From an uncultured Eubacteriales bacterium (GTDB lineage: Bacteria; Bacillota; Clostridia; Oscillospirales; Acutalibacteraceae), in assembly GCA_900320995.1 (NCBI GenBank), contig ONUI01000001.1:1-49714 (forward strand): a stretch of DNA of 49,714 nucleotides. Reading direction: 5' to 3'. How positions within the stretch are numbered: the first letter of the stretch is position 1; every line of letters begins with the position of its first letter. The position numbers and the translations under genes are program-made. Positions 18,536-26,977 of this stretch are shown here, piece after piece. The notes under the pieces are model-generated. The model saw only the letters and a list, made by a program, of their open reading frames with translations, was not told where the DNA came from and made no database searches.

Positions 18536-20276
18536 TAGAGGGCACCTCGCTTTCAAACGCGTCAAAGGGGCAGAGCTGAGCGCAAACGCCGCATCCGACG
18601 CAAAGGGTGGTATCAACAACGGCGTGACCGTCACGGAAGGAGATGGACGGACAGCCGAACTTCATACATTTCTTACAGCCGCGGCACTTTTCGGGATCGA
18701 CATAGAGCGGCTTTTTGGGTTTGACGTACTTTAAGAGAACGCAGGGACGGCGCGAGATGATGACGGAGGGTTCGTTTTTGGCGAGCTCTTCTTTGAGGAC
18801 CGTCTCACATTCCTCAAGGTTATACGGATCGACCACGCGCACGGAGTTGATGCCGATGCTGTGGCACAGATTCTCGAGGTTGACCTTGCCGGCGGGATCA
18901 CCCTTGATGGAGTAGCCGGTGGTCGGATTCTGCTGATGACCCGTCATACCGGTGATGGAGTTGTCGAGGATGATGACGGTGGAATTGCTCTGGTTATACG
19001 CGATATTGATCAGACCGGTGACGCCGGAGTGCATGAAGGTGGAGTCGCCGATGACACAGACGGTGTTGTTCTCCGTCTGATCGCCGCCTGCTTTGTTATA
19101 GCCGTGCAGACCGGATACCGACGCGCCCATGCACAGTGTCATATCCAATGCGTTCAAGGGCGGCGCCGCGCCGAGGGTGTAGCAGCCGATATCGCCGAGT
19201 ACGGTGATCTTGTTCTTCGCGAGAACATAGTACATACCTCTGTGGGGACAGCCGGAGCACATCATCGGAGGACGTACCGGGATCTCGGTGTCGAGGTTGA
19301 ATACGGTTTTATCCGCCATCTCAAACGCCTGCTCGATGCTCTTCTGGCTGAATTCGCCGAGGATCGAGAACTTGTCCTTGCCGATGACCTCCACGCCGAT
19401 GTTCTTGCAATGGGTCTCGACGATCGGATCGAGCTCCTCAATGACATAGACCTTGCCGACCTTTGCGGCAAAATCCCGGATCAGCCTGACGGGCAGGGGA
19501 TTGATCATGCCGAGCTTGAGGACAGGAACGGAATCGCCGAACGCTTCTTTGACATACTGGTAAGAGGTAGAGGAGGTGATGATGCCGAAATCGTGATTCC
19601 CGTCGCCCTCTTCCACGCGGTTGAGGGGAGAGGTCTCGGCGTATTCGATCAGCTTCTCGGTGCGTTGTTCGACAAACGGATGACGCTTGAGCGCGTTGCC
19701 GGGGGTCATGATGTATTTCTGCGGATTCTTGGTATAATCCTTGGTGATCTCGGTGCGCTCGCCCAGCTCGACGATGCTCTGGGAATGTGCCACACGGGTG
19801 CACATCTTGAGGAATACCGGGGTGTCGAACTGCTCGGAGATCTCATAAGCGAGCTTGGCGTAATCCAGCGCCTCCTGAGAATCGGAGGGTTCGAGCATCG
19901 GGATCTTTGCCGCGATGGCGTAATGGCGTGAATCCTGCTCGTTCTGAGAGCTGTGCATACCGGGATCATCCGCGACGCAGATGACGATACCCGCGTTGAC
20001 GCCGGTGTAGCTCATGGTGAACAGCGGATCGGCGGCGACATTCAAGCCGACGTGCTTCATACAGCAGGCGGAACGCTTGCCGCGCAGCGCGGAGCCGAAA
20101 GCTGCCTCCATCGCTACCTTCTCATTGGGCGCCCACTCGCAGTAGACGTCGTCGTATTTCGCGAAAAATTCAGTGATCTCAGTGCTGGGTGTGCCGGGAT
20201 AACTGGAGATCACGGCGCATCCGCCTTCGTATAAGCCGCGCGCGACCGCGGCGTTACCGATCAATAAGTCTTTCAT
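18528..20276 (-). CDS. iorA: indolepyruvate:ferredoxin oxidoreductase alpha subunit
   Basis: YPGTPSTE, KHVGLNVAAD, CSGCPHR, GDIGCY, GDSTF TPP motif, C-terminal 2x[4Fe-4S]. Confidence 0.95.
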   Translation of the reverse strand: MKDLLIGNAAVARGLYEGGCAVISSYPGTPSTEITEFFAKYDDVYCEWAPNEKVAMEAAFGSALRGKRSACCMKHVGLNVAADPLFTMSYTGVNAGIVICVADDPGMHSSQNEQDSRHYAIAAKIPMLEPSDSQEALDYAKLAYEISEQFDTPVFLKMCTRVAHSQSIVELGERTEITKDYTKNPQKYIMTPGNALKRHPFVEQRTEKLIEYAETSPLNRVEEGDGNHDFGIITSSTSYQYVKEAFGDSVPVLKLGMINPLPVRLIRDFAAKVGKVYVIEELDPIVETHCKNIGVEVIGKDKFSILGEFSQKSIEQAFEMADKTVFNLDTEIPVRPPMMCSGCPHRGMYYVLAKNKITVLGDIGCYTLGAAPPLNALDMTLCMGASVSGLHGYNKAGGDQTENNTVCVIGDSTFMHSGVTGLINIAYNQSNSTVIILDNSITGMTGHQQNPTTGYSIKGDPAGKVNLENLCHSIGINSVRVVDPYNLEECETVLKEELAKNEPSVIISRRPCVLLKYVKPKKPLYVDPEKCRGCKKCMKFGCPSISFRDGHAVVDTTLCVGCGVCAQLCPFDAFESEVPSND

Positions 20277-20319
20277 ATTTGTTTCACCTTATTCTTTTGA
20301 CACTATTCAGAGATATATT

Positions 20320-20457
20320 GTAGGGCGGGGGCTTGCTCCCGCCGATACTTCTCAGCTAGCGGTTATTTTGTTGCGGAGCATCATTAAAGATGGATTTGCT
20401 TCGCATTCCATTCCATCGGTTGATCAGCGTTTCGGCGGGAGCGAGCCCCCGCCCTAC
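20320..20457. repeat. GTAG-type REP inverted pair (REPIN-like)
   Basis: GTAGGGCGGGGGCTTGCTCCCGCCGA (20320-20345) and its near-perfect reverse complement (20432-20457). Confidence 0.85.
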
Positions 20458-20468
20458 GATGAGTATTA

Positions 20469-21770
20469 TCACTCGTTCCTCAGGTCAACGATCCTCTTCG
20501 CCTTACCCTGGAATCTCTCAAGCGTCTTGGGAGCTACCAGCGTGACCTTGGTTCTCAGACCTAAGATCGACTGTAATTTAGCCTCGATGCGCTTTTTGAG
20601 TCCGTCGAGCATCTTATAATTATCGAGCAGAGACTCGTTGATGACCTCGACCTTGATCTCCAAGCTGTCACGGTAATTCTGGCGGGTGATGTACAGCATG
20701 TAGTGCGGCGCGATATCGGGGATGTTGATCAGGATGTTCTCGATCTGGGTCGGGAACACGTTGACGCCCTTGATGATCAGCATATCGTCGGTTCTGCCCA
20801 TGGTCTTTGCCATTCTGCAATGGGTTCTGCCGCAGGAGCAGGGCTGATAATCGAGCTTGGTGATATCCTTGGTGCGGTATCTGAGCACCGGCATACCCTT
20901 GCGGGTCAAGGTAGTGACGACCAGCTCGCCGACTTCGCCCTCGCTGAGACGCTTGCCGGTATCGGTGTCGATGATCTCGGGCAGGAAGTGATCCTCCGCA
21001 AAGTGCATACCGTCGCGCGCTTCACAGTCACCGGAAACGCCGGGGCCGCCGAGCTCGGTCATGCCGTAGTTGTCGGATACACGAATGTTGAAGTTGTTCT
21101 CGATCTGCTCGCGCATGGATACGGTGCAGGGCTCTGAGCCTAAGATGCCCAGACGCAGGCTGTAATCCGAAAGCGGATAGCCGGCTTCCTTCATCGCCTC
21201 GGAGAGATACAGCGCGTAGGACGGTGTGGCTACGATACCGGTCACGCCCCAGTCACGCAGCATCATCAACTGCTTCTGCGTATTGCCCGAAGAAGCGGGG
21301 ATGACGGTCGCGCCGAGCTTTTCCATGCCGTAGTGCAGACCCAAAGCGCCGGTGAACAGTCCGTAACCGAAGCTGATCTGGATGATATCATCGGGAGTGA
21401 CGCCGCCCGCACAAGCGACACGCGCGACACAATCCGACCAGATGTCGAGATCCTCTTTGGTATAAACGCCGGTGGTGGGCTTACCGGTCGTACCCGAAGA
21501 AGCGTGGATACGCACGATGTCCTTCATGTCGGAGGCTACCAGACCGAAGGGATAGTTATCTCTGAAATCGTCCTTGGTGGTGAAGGGGATGTATTCGATA
21601 TCGGAGAGTTGCTTGATCTTAGCGCCGTCGAGCACGCCGCAGTCGGTCAGACGCTGATGATACAGCGGTACGTTGTCATAGCAGTACTTGACGACCCATT
21701 TCAGGCGCTCGAGCTGAATCGCTTCGATTTCTTTTCTCGGTAGAGTTTCAATGTCTTTCTGAAAAATCAT
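20469..21770 (-). CDS. paaK: phenylacetate-CoA ligase family protein (copy 2)
   Basis: RIHASSGTTGKP, FGYGLFTGA, YGMTE, RYRTKD, GVNVFPTQIE; start at MIFQK. Confidence 0.9.
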   Translation of the reverse strand: MIFQKDIETLPRKEIEAIQLERLKWVVKYCYDNVPLYHQRLTDCGVLDGAKIKQLSDIEYIPFTTKDDFRDNYPFGLVASDMKDIVRIHASSGTTGKPTTGVYTKEDLDIWSDCVARVACAGGVTPDDIIQISFGYGLFTGALGLHYGMEKLGATVIPASSGNTQKQLMMLRDWGVTGIVATPSYALYLSEAMKEAGYPLSDYSLRLGILGSEPCTVSMREQIENNFNIRVSDNYGMTELGGPGVSGDCEARDGMHFAEDHFLPEIIDTDTGKRLSEGEVGELVVTTLTRKGMPVLRYRTKDITKLDYQPCSCGRTHCRMAKTMGRTDDMLIIKGVNVFPTQIENILINIPDIAPHYMLYITRQNYRDSLEIKVEVINESLLDNYKMLDGLKKRIEAKLQSILGLRTKVTLVAPKTLERFQGKAKRIVDLRNE

Positions 21771-21832
21771 TTTGTCAAATCCTCTTTTCGATTTTGTACG
21801 CGCAGGATCCCTAACGGCGTACATACACATTT

Positions 21833-21861
21833 ATTATAGCGCAAAAGAAGTCTAAAGGCAA
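21833..21861 (-). promoter_or_regulatory. sigmaA promoter for paaK-iorAB
   Basis: TTGCCT-17 nt-TATAAT on minus strand. Confidence 0.65.
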
Positions 21862-21882
21862 TAGTTCTTCAGACTTCTTTTT
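21843..21882 (-). terminator. probable terminator after symporter (overlaps the downstream promoter)
   Basis: AAAAGAAGTCT...AGACTTCTTTT inverted repeat. Confidence 0.55.
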
Positions 21883-21952
21883 GTCATATTGCTGATTATA
21901 TTGTTATAAAACGTAACCGTTGGTTACTATCGTAACGAAACCAATGATAAAT

Positions 21953-21994
21953 TGTCATTACGAGGAGCGGATGCGACGTAGTAATCTCAACCGA
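21953..21994 (+). repeat. family A element with compensatory stem change
   Basis: ATTAC/GTAAT replaces ATTGC/GCAAT; abuts symporter stop. Confidence 0.85.
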
Positions 21995-23572
21995 TCAAGT
22001 TTCGTCGATACTGTGCTTGGAAGATACCGTATGCGTCTTGTTGTAGCAGGAGAAGATCTGCTCTACTCTCTCCACATCCTTTGACGGCGCGATCGCCGCG
22101 ATGATCGGCGTGATGATGATACCGATGATCATTGCCGCCATACCCGCGTTGATGGGGGACTGGAAGTAGGTGAGGACAGGGCTTGCGAACTTCACGCCTG
22201 CCATATTGCAGATAAAGGACGCGAGGGAGATGCCGACGCCGAGGACAAAGTTGATCCATACGGCGACCTTCGGTACACGCTTCATATACAGACCGTACAT
22301 GAACGGCGCGAGGAACGCGCCGGCAAGCGCGCCCCAGGATACACCCATCATCTGTGAGATGAACATGACGGGGGATTTTGCCTGGATGATGGCAATGATC
22401 GCGGAGATCGCGATGAAGAATACGATAAAGATACGCATGATACCAACCTTTTTCTTCTCGCCGAGCTCTTTCTTTTTGAAGAAGATCGGCTCGATGAAGT
22501 CGATGGTCAGAACCGAGCTGGAGGTCAGTACCAAGCTCGACAGCGTGCTCATGGACGCGGAAAGCACGAGGATGACCACGATACCGATCAGGATGGGGGA
22601 CAGGTTCTCGAGCATAGTGGGAACAACGGAGTCGAAGCCGCCTACAGGCTTGCCGTCAGGACCCGCTTCACCGAACAGTCTGCCGAAGCCGCCGAGGAAG
22701 TAGCAGCCGCCCGCGACGATGATCGCGAACACGGTCGATACGATCGTACCGGTGCTGATGCTCTTCTCAGACTTGATGGCGTAGAACTTCTGCACCATCT
22801 GGGGCAGACCCCATGTGCCTAAGGACGTCAGTATGACAACGCCGATCAATCCGAAGATATCCGGTCCCAAGAACGAGCTGAAAGCGCCCTTCATCTCGGT
22901 ACCCTCCGCCTGGATCTGAGAGAGCATGGTGATGGTGGAGCCTAAGCCGCCGTTGATGCGAAGTACCGCCCAGATAACGGCGACGATGCCGAAGATCATG
23001 ATGATGCCTTGGATAAAGTCGTTGATCGCGGTCGCCATGTAGCCGCCGACAACGACATAGATGCCGGTCAGTACCGCCATCGCGATAACGCAGTATTCAT
23101 AGGGGATGCCGAACGCCATCTTGAACAGTCGGGAAAGACCGTTGTACAGCGACGCGGTATAGGGGATCAGGAAGATGAAGATGATGACAGCCGCGGCGAT
23201 CTTCAGCGCCTTGGAATCATACCGCTTCATAAAGAAGTCGGGCATGGTGGCGGTGTCGAGGTGCTGGGTCATGACGCGGGTGCGTCTGCCGAGCACGTTC
23301 CACGCAAGCAGTGAGCCGATGAAGGCGTTGCCCAGACCGATCCATGTGGAAGCCATACCGAATTTCCATCCGAACTGACCCGCGTAGCCGACAAAGATAA
23401 CTGCCGAGAAATACGAGGTACCGAACGCGAAAGCGGTCAGCCAAGGTCCGACGGAGCGGTTGCCCAGTACAAAGCCGTTGACGTCTGTGCTTTGCTTTCT
23501 GCAGTAGATGCCTACGCCGATCATTACGGCGAAGAAAATGACTAAGAAAGCGATTTTGATAAACATATCCAT
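21995..23572 (-). CDS. sodium:solute symporter (SSS) family
   Basis: F.LGNRSVGPW, TSYFSA..F.GYAG, GLPQM..KFY, SASMST; many TM helices. Confidence 0.92.
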   Translation of the reverse strand: MDMFIKIAFLVIFFAVMIGVGIYCRKQSTDVNGFVLGNRSVGPWLTAFAFGTSYFSAVIFVGYAGQFGWKFGMASTWIGLGNAFIGSLLAWNVLGRRTRVMTQHLDTATMPDFFMKRYDSKALKIAAAVIIFIFLIPYTASLYNGLSRLFKMAFGIPYEYCVIAMAVLTGIYVVVGGYMATAINDFIQGIIMIFGIVAVIWAVLRINGGLGSTITMLSQIQAEGTEMKGAFSSFLGPDIFGLIGVVILTSLGTWGLPQMVQKFYAIKSEKSISTGTIVSTVFAIIVAGGCYFLGGFGRLFGEAGPDGKPVGGFDSVVPTMLENLSPILIGIVVILVLSASMSTLSSLVLTSSSVLTIDFIEPIFFKKKELGEKKKVGIMRIFIVFFIAISAIIAIIQAKSPVMFISQMMGVSWGALAGAFLAPFMYGLYMKRVPKVAVWINFVLGVGISLASFICNMAGVKFASPVLTYFQSPINAGMAAMIIGIIITPIIAAIAPSKDVERVEQIFSCYNKTHTVSSKHSIDET

Positions 23573-23617
23573 ATTCTTATACTCCTTATCCCCGTATGGG
23601 GTTGATGTACATTTTCG

Positions 23618-23674
23618 GGCTCACTTTGGTAAAGGGAGCTGTCGAGGCGATAAAGCCGAGACTGAGGGATTGTA
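23618..23674 (+). repeat. family C element
   Basis: GGCTCACTTTGGTAAAGGGAGCTGTC...GACTGAGGGATTG. Confidence 0.8.
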
Positions 23675-23700
23675 TGATCGGAGCGAAGCGACCAACATGA

Positions 23701-24534
23701 CTAATGAGATGATAACAATCTCTCAGCGTTCATACCGAGGATCATTTCCTTCTCGGTATCGGATAAGCCGTCAAGCGCCTTGAATCGCTCGACCGTGGCT
23801 TTCTGATCGTTCCACGGGCTGTCGGTCGCGAAGAGCATCTTATCCGCGCCGTGGTTCCTGATCACGCGCGCGATATCCTCGTCGGTCGCGGTGCTGTGAT
23901 GCCACAGATCGCGGAAAGAACAGCTGATATCGATGTAGCAGTCGCGTCCGACCAGGTATCGTTCCACATCATCCAGCTGATAATTGCCGCCTAAATGCGC
24001 AAAGATCATGTTAGGCTTACTGTCGGGAACAAGCGCCTCGATCCGGTCGAGCACCAACGCGCCTTTCTTCGGCGGACAGTGGATGATCTCGTATTCGGGA
24101 TCCTTGCCCGAGTGGGTCATGACCAGCAAGCCAAGTCGTCTTGCCTCGGCGATGATACGGATGTAGCGCTCGTCGTCGATGAAGGTCTCGGTATAGTCGG
24201 GATGGAGCTTGATGCCTTTAAAGCCTTTATCTTTCAGGTATCGCAGTTTTTCTTCGATATCCTCATCATCGGGGTGGATGCCTCCGAAGGAGATGAGGTT
24301 GTCGTAGGTATCGTTGATGTGTTTGGCAAAGTTTGTGATCGTGTCGAACTGTCCCGGTCGGGTGTTGACCGGCAGGATCACGCTTTTATCGATTCCCGCT
24401 TTCTGCATACTGTCGAGGATCCCGCTGATCGTTCCGTCGGTATAGGGGACGACATAGGGCGGGTCCTGCAGTGCCGTTAAGGTGCGTTTTGCGATTTTAT
24501 CGGGAAATACATGGGTGTGAAAATCTATGATCAT
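23701..24534 (-). CDS. amidohydrolase_2-family metal-dependent hydrolase
   Basis: IIDFHTH, GIKLHP, AHLGG, LFATDSPW. Confidence 0.9.
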   Translation of the reverse strand: MIIDFHTHVFPDKIAKRTLTALQDPPYVVPYTDGTISGILDSMQKAGIDKSVILPVNTRPGQFDTITNFAKHINDTYDNLISFGGIHPDDEDIEEKLRYLKDKGFKGIKLHPDYTETFIDDERYIRIIAEARRLGLLVMTHSGKDPEYEIIHCPPKKGALVLDRIEALVPDSKPNMIFAHLGGNYQLDDVERYLVGRDCYIDISCSFRDLWHHSTATDEDIARVIRNHGADKMLFATDSPWNDQKATVERFKALDGLSDTEKEMILGMNAERLLSSH

Positions 24535-24543
24535 CGTTTCATC

Positions 24544-24757
24544 TATCGTAAAGGCATGATTTGAATATCATCCTGTGGTAATCTCTTTTGATCGTCATTG
24601 CGAAGGCATGACATATTGTCTTGCCTGTGGCGATCTCTTATCCTTTTGATCGTCATTGCGAAGGCATGACATATTGTCTTGCCTGTGGTGATCTCTTATC
24701 CTTTTGATCGTCATTGCGAAGGCATGACATATTGTCTTGCCTGTGGCAATCTCAACC
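24544..24757 (+). repeat. tandem array of family A elements, 58-bp period (3 copies plus 1 degenerate)
   Basis: CGTCATTGCGAAGGCATGACATATTGTCTTGCCTGTGG at 24593, 24651, 24709. Confidence 0.92.
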
Positions 24758-24779
24758 TTATCAAAAATGCAACGGATTC

Positions 24780-24808
24780 ATTTTAACACTTCAACGTTTT
24801 AAAGTCAA
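24780..24808 (-). promoter_or_regulatory. sigmaA promoter for amidohydrolase-symporter
   Basis: TTGACT-17 nt-TAAAAT with extended TG on minus strand. Confidence 0.65.
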
Positions 24809-24900
24809 GAAAATTTAATGATTTAAAGCGATAATTTTTAAATTACTTTATTTGTCATTCGTTATGAGAAAAATAATGGAATAATCTTACAGAATAGCTG

Positions 24901-24928
24901 TTGAATTTTTATCGATTTGTGTTATGAT
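24901..24928 (+). promoter_or_regulatory. probable ldh promoter
   Basis: TTGAAT-16 nt-TATGAT with extended TG. Confidence 0.5.
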
Positions 24929-24992
24929 AATAACGTAAAGTAAAAATGCGGAATACATGTGTGTTCTGTATAGATATGAAGGAGAATGTCAT

Positions 24993-25955
24993 ATGGCTGT
25001 TAACGCAAGAAAAGTTGCCATTATCGGTTGTGGCTTTGTCGGTTCATCAACAGCGTTCGCGTTGATGCAGAGCGGTCTGTTCTCAGAGATCGTGATGCTG
25101 GATGCCGACCGAAAGAAAGCGGAGGGTGAAGCGCTGGATATCTCTCACGGCGTGCCTTTCTCACAGCCTTGCGAGATATACGCGGGCGATTATGACGATA
25201 TCGCCGACAGCGCGATCATCATCGTCACCGCCGGTGCGGCACAGAAGCCCGGTGAGACCCGCCTTGACCTGATCAAGAAGAACGTCGGTATTTTCAAGTC
25301 GATCATCCCCGAGATCGCCAAGCGCAATTTCAAGGGGATCCTGCTGATCGTCGCGAATCCCGTTGATGTGCTGACCTATGCCGCCAAACAGCTTTCGGGC
25401 TTGCCCGACAGTCATGTGTTCGGTTCGGGCACGGTACTGGATTCCGCTCGTCTGCGCTTCAATCTCAGCGAGCACTTGGGCGTCGATCCGCGTTCCATCC
25501 ACGCGTTCATCATCGGCGAGCACGGCGATAGTGAATTTGCCGCTTGGAGCAGTGCCAATGTCTCCGGCGTTGAGATCAGCCGCTTCTGCGAGATGCGCGG
25601 CTTCTATCATGACCATGATCAAGCAAAGGCGAATATCTCCGAGGAGGTCAAGAACGCCGCTTACGATATCATCAGCAAGAAACGCGCGACCTACTATGGT
25701 ATCGCAATGTCCGCCAAGCGTATTTGCGAGGCGATCATCCGTGATGAAAAGAGCATTTTGCCCGTATCATCCATCCAGCACGGCAGATTTGGGCTGACTG
25801 ACGTTGCGCTGTCCATCCCCGTGATCGTCGGCAAGGATGGCATCGAGAACGAGATCCCCTTCGCGCTGAATGACGATGAGCTGAAAAAGCTGCGTGATTC
25901 CGCCGAGACCCTCAAGAACACCATTAAGTCCTGCGACCTCAGTCTTGACGATTGA
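24993..25955 (+). CDS. ldh: L-lactate dehydrogenase
   Basis: IIGCGFVG, AGAAQKPGETRL, NPVD, GTVLDSAR, GEHGDS. Confidence 0.95.
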   Translation: MAVNARKVAIIGCGFVGSSTAFALMQSGLFSEIVMLDADRKKAEGEALDISHGVPFSQPCEIYAGDYDDIADSAIIIVTAGAAQKPGETRLDLIKKNVGIFKSIIPEIAKRNFKGILLIVANPVDVLTYAAKQLSGLPDSHVFGSGTVLDSARLRFNLSEHLGVDPRSIHAFIIGEHGDSEFAAWSSANVSGVEISRFCEMRGFYHDHDQAKANISEEVKNAAYDIISKKRATYYGIAMSAKRICEAIIRDEKSILPVSSIQHGRFGLTDVALSIPVIVGKDGIENEIPFALNDDELKKLRDSAETLKNTIKSCDLSLDD

Positions 25956-25973
25956 TCGCTGATGGTATAAAAT
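25945..25973 (+). promoter_or_regulatory. probable promoter for HIT operon
   Basis: TTGACG-17 nt-TAAAAT overlapping the ldh end. Confidence 0.5.
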
Positions 25974-26025
25974 AATGATGAATTGATGCGGAGCTTGTCA
26001 AATCCGCTATGAATAGGAGGCAATT

Positions 26026-26367
26026 ATGTCTGATTGTATTTTTTGTAAGATCGCCGCGGGTGAGATCCCGTCGAACAAAGTGTATGAAGATGATAAGATC
26101 ATCGCCATCCATGACCTGAATCCGATGGCGCCGGTACATGTGCTCTTTATCCCCAAGGAGCATTACTGCTGCGCGAACGCGATCAATGAAGAGAACTGCG
26201 ATATCGTCGGTCATATCTTCTCGAAGATCCCCAAGGTCGCGAAGGAGCTGGGACTTGAGAACGGATATCGTATCGTCAACAACTGCGGTGAGGACGGCGG
26301 ACAGACCGTCATGCACATCCATTTCCATCTGTTGGGCGGCAAAAAGCTCAAGGTCGATATGGCGTGA
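26026..26367 (+). CDS. histidine triad (HinT-like) protein
   Basis: CIFCKI, HIHFHLLGG. Confidence 0.95.
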   Translation: MSDCIFCKIAAGEIPSNKVYEDDKIIAIHDLNPMAPVHVLFIPKEHYCCANAINEENCDIVGHIFSKIPKVAKELGLENGYRIVNNCGEDGGQTVMHIHFHLLGGKKLKVDMA

Positions 26368-26400
26368 TCGAATCGGATCAAGAGTTAGAAGGGGTACATT

Positions 26401-26940
26401 ATGGCTAAAACTTATCAAATGACCATCGCGGGCTGCAAGCGTGATTTGCCGCTGTGCGAGGTCGACGAGCATCTGGATATCGCCGCTTTCATTATGTTCG
26501 GCGATGTTGAAATCACCGAAAAATCCGCCGCTGAGCTGCTCAAGCTCTCTCCCGAGCATGATGTGTGCATTTCCGCGGAGGCGAAGGGAATCCCGCTTTG
26601 CTATGAAATGGCGCGTCAGGGCTGCGGTAAGTACATCATCGCGCGTAAGGGCGTGAAGGTGTATATGCCCGATCCCATCAGCGTACATGTTCAGTCGATC
26701 ACCACATTGAGCCGCCAGACGCTGTATTTGGGCAGCGATGACGCGGAGCACCTGAGAGGCAAGCGCGTCCTGATCGTGGACGATGTGATCTCCACCGGCG
26801 AGAGCTTGAAGGCGCTGGAAGCTCTGGTCAATAAAGCAGGCGGAAATATCGTCGGCAAGGTGGCTGTATTGGCGGAGGGTGACGCCGCGGATCGCGACGA
26901 TATTATCTTCCTCGAGAAGCTCCCGGTATTTCCGAAATAA
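26401..26940 (+). CDS. adenine/purine phosphoribosyltransferase-like protein
   Basis: AEAKGIP, VLIVDDVISTGES PRPP-binding motif. Confidence 0.88.
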   Translation: MAKTYQMTIAGCKRDLPLCEVDEHLDIAAFIMFGDVEITEKSAAELLKLSPEHDVCISAEAKGIPLCYEMARQGCGKYIIARKGVKVYMPDPISVHVQSITTLSRQTLYLGSDDAEHLRGKRVLIVDDVISTGESLKALEALVNKAGGNIVGKVAVLAEGDAADRDDIIFLEKLPVFPK

Positions 26941-26977
26941 GTATGACAGAATGATCCGAAAAGGATAAGAGGTAGAC

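Noticed and set aside
24593-24757. Possible CRISPR array
   Set aside because: Units are near-identical over their whole 58 bp with no unique spacers; they are tandem family A elements, and no cas genes are present.
24895-24935. Rex operator upstream of ldh
   Set aside because: Only a partial resemblance to TTGTGAA-N4-TTCACAA; not convincing.
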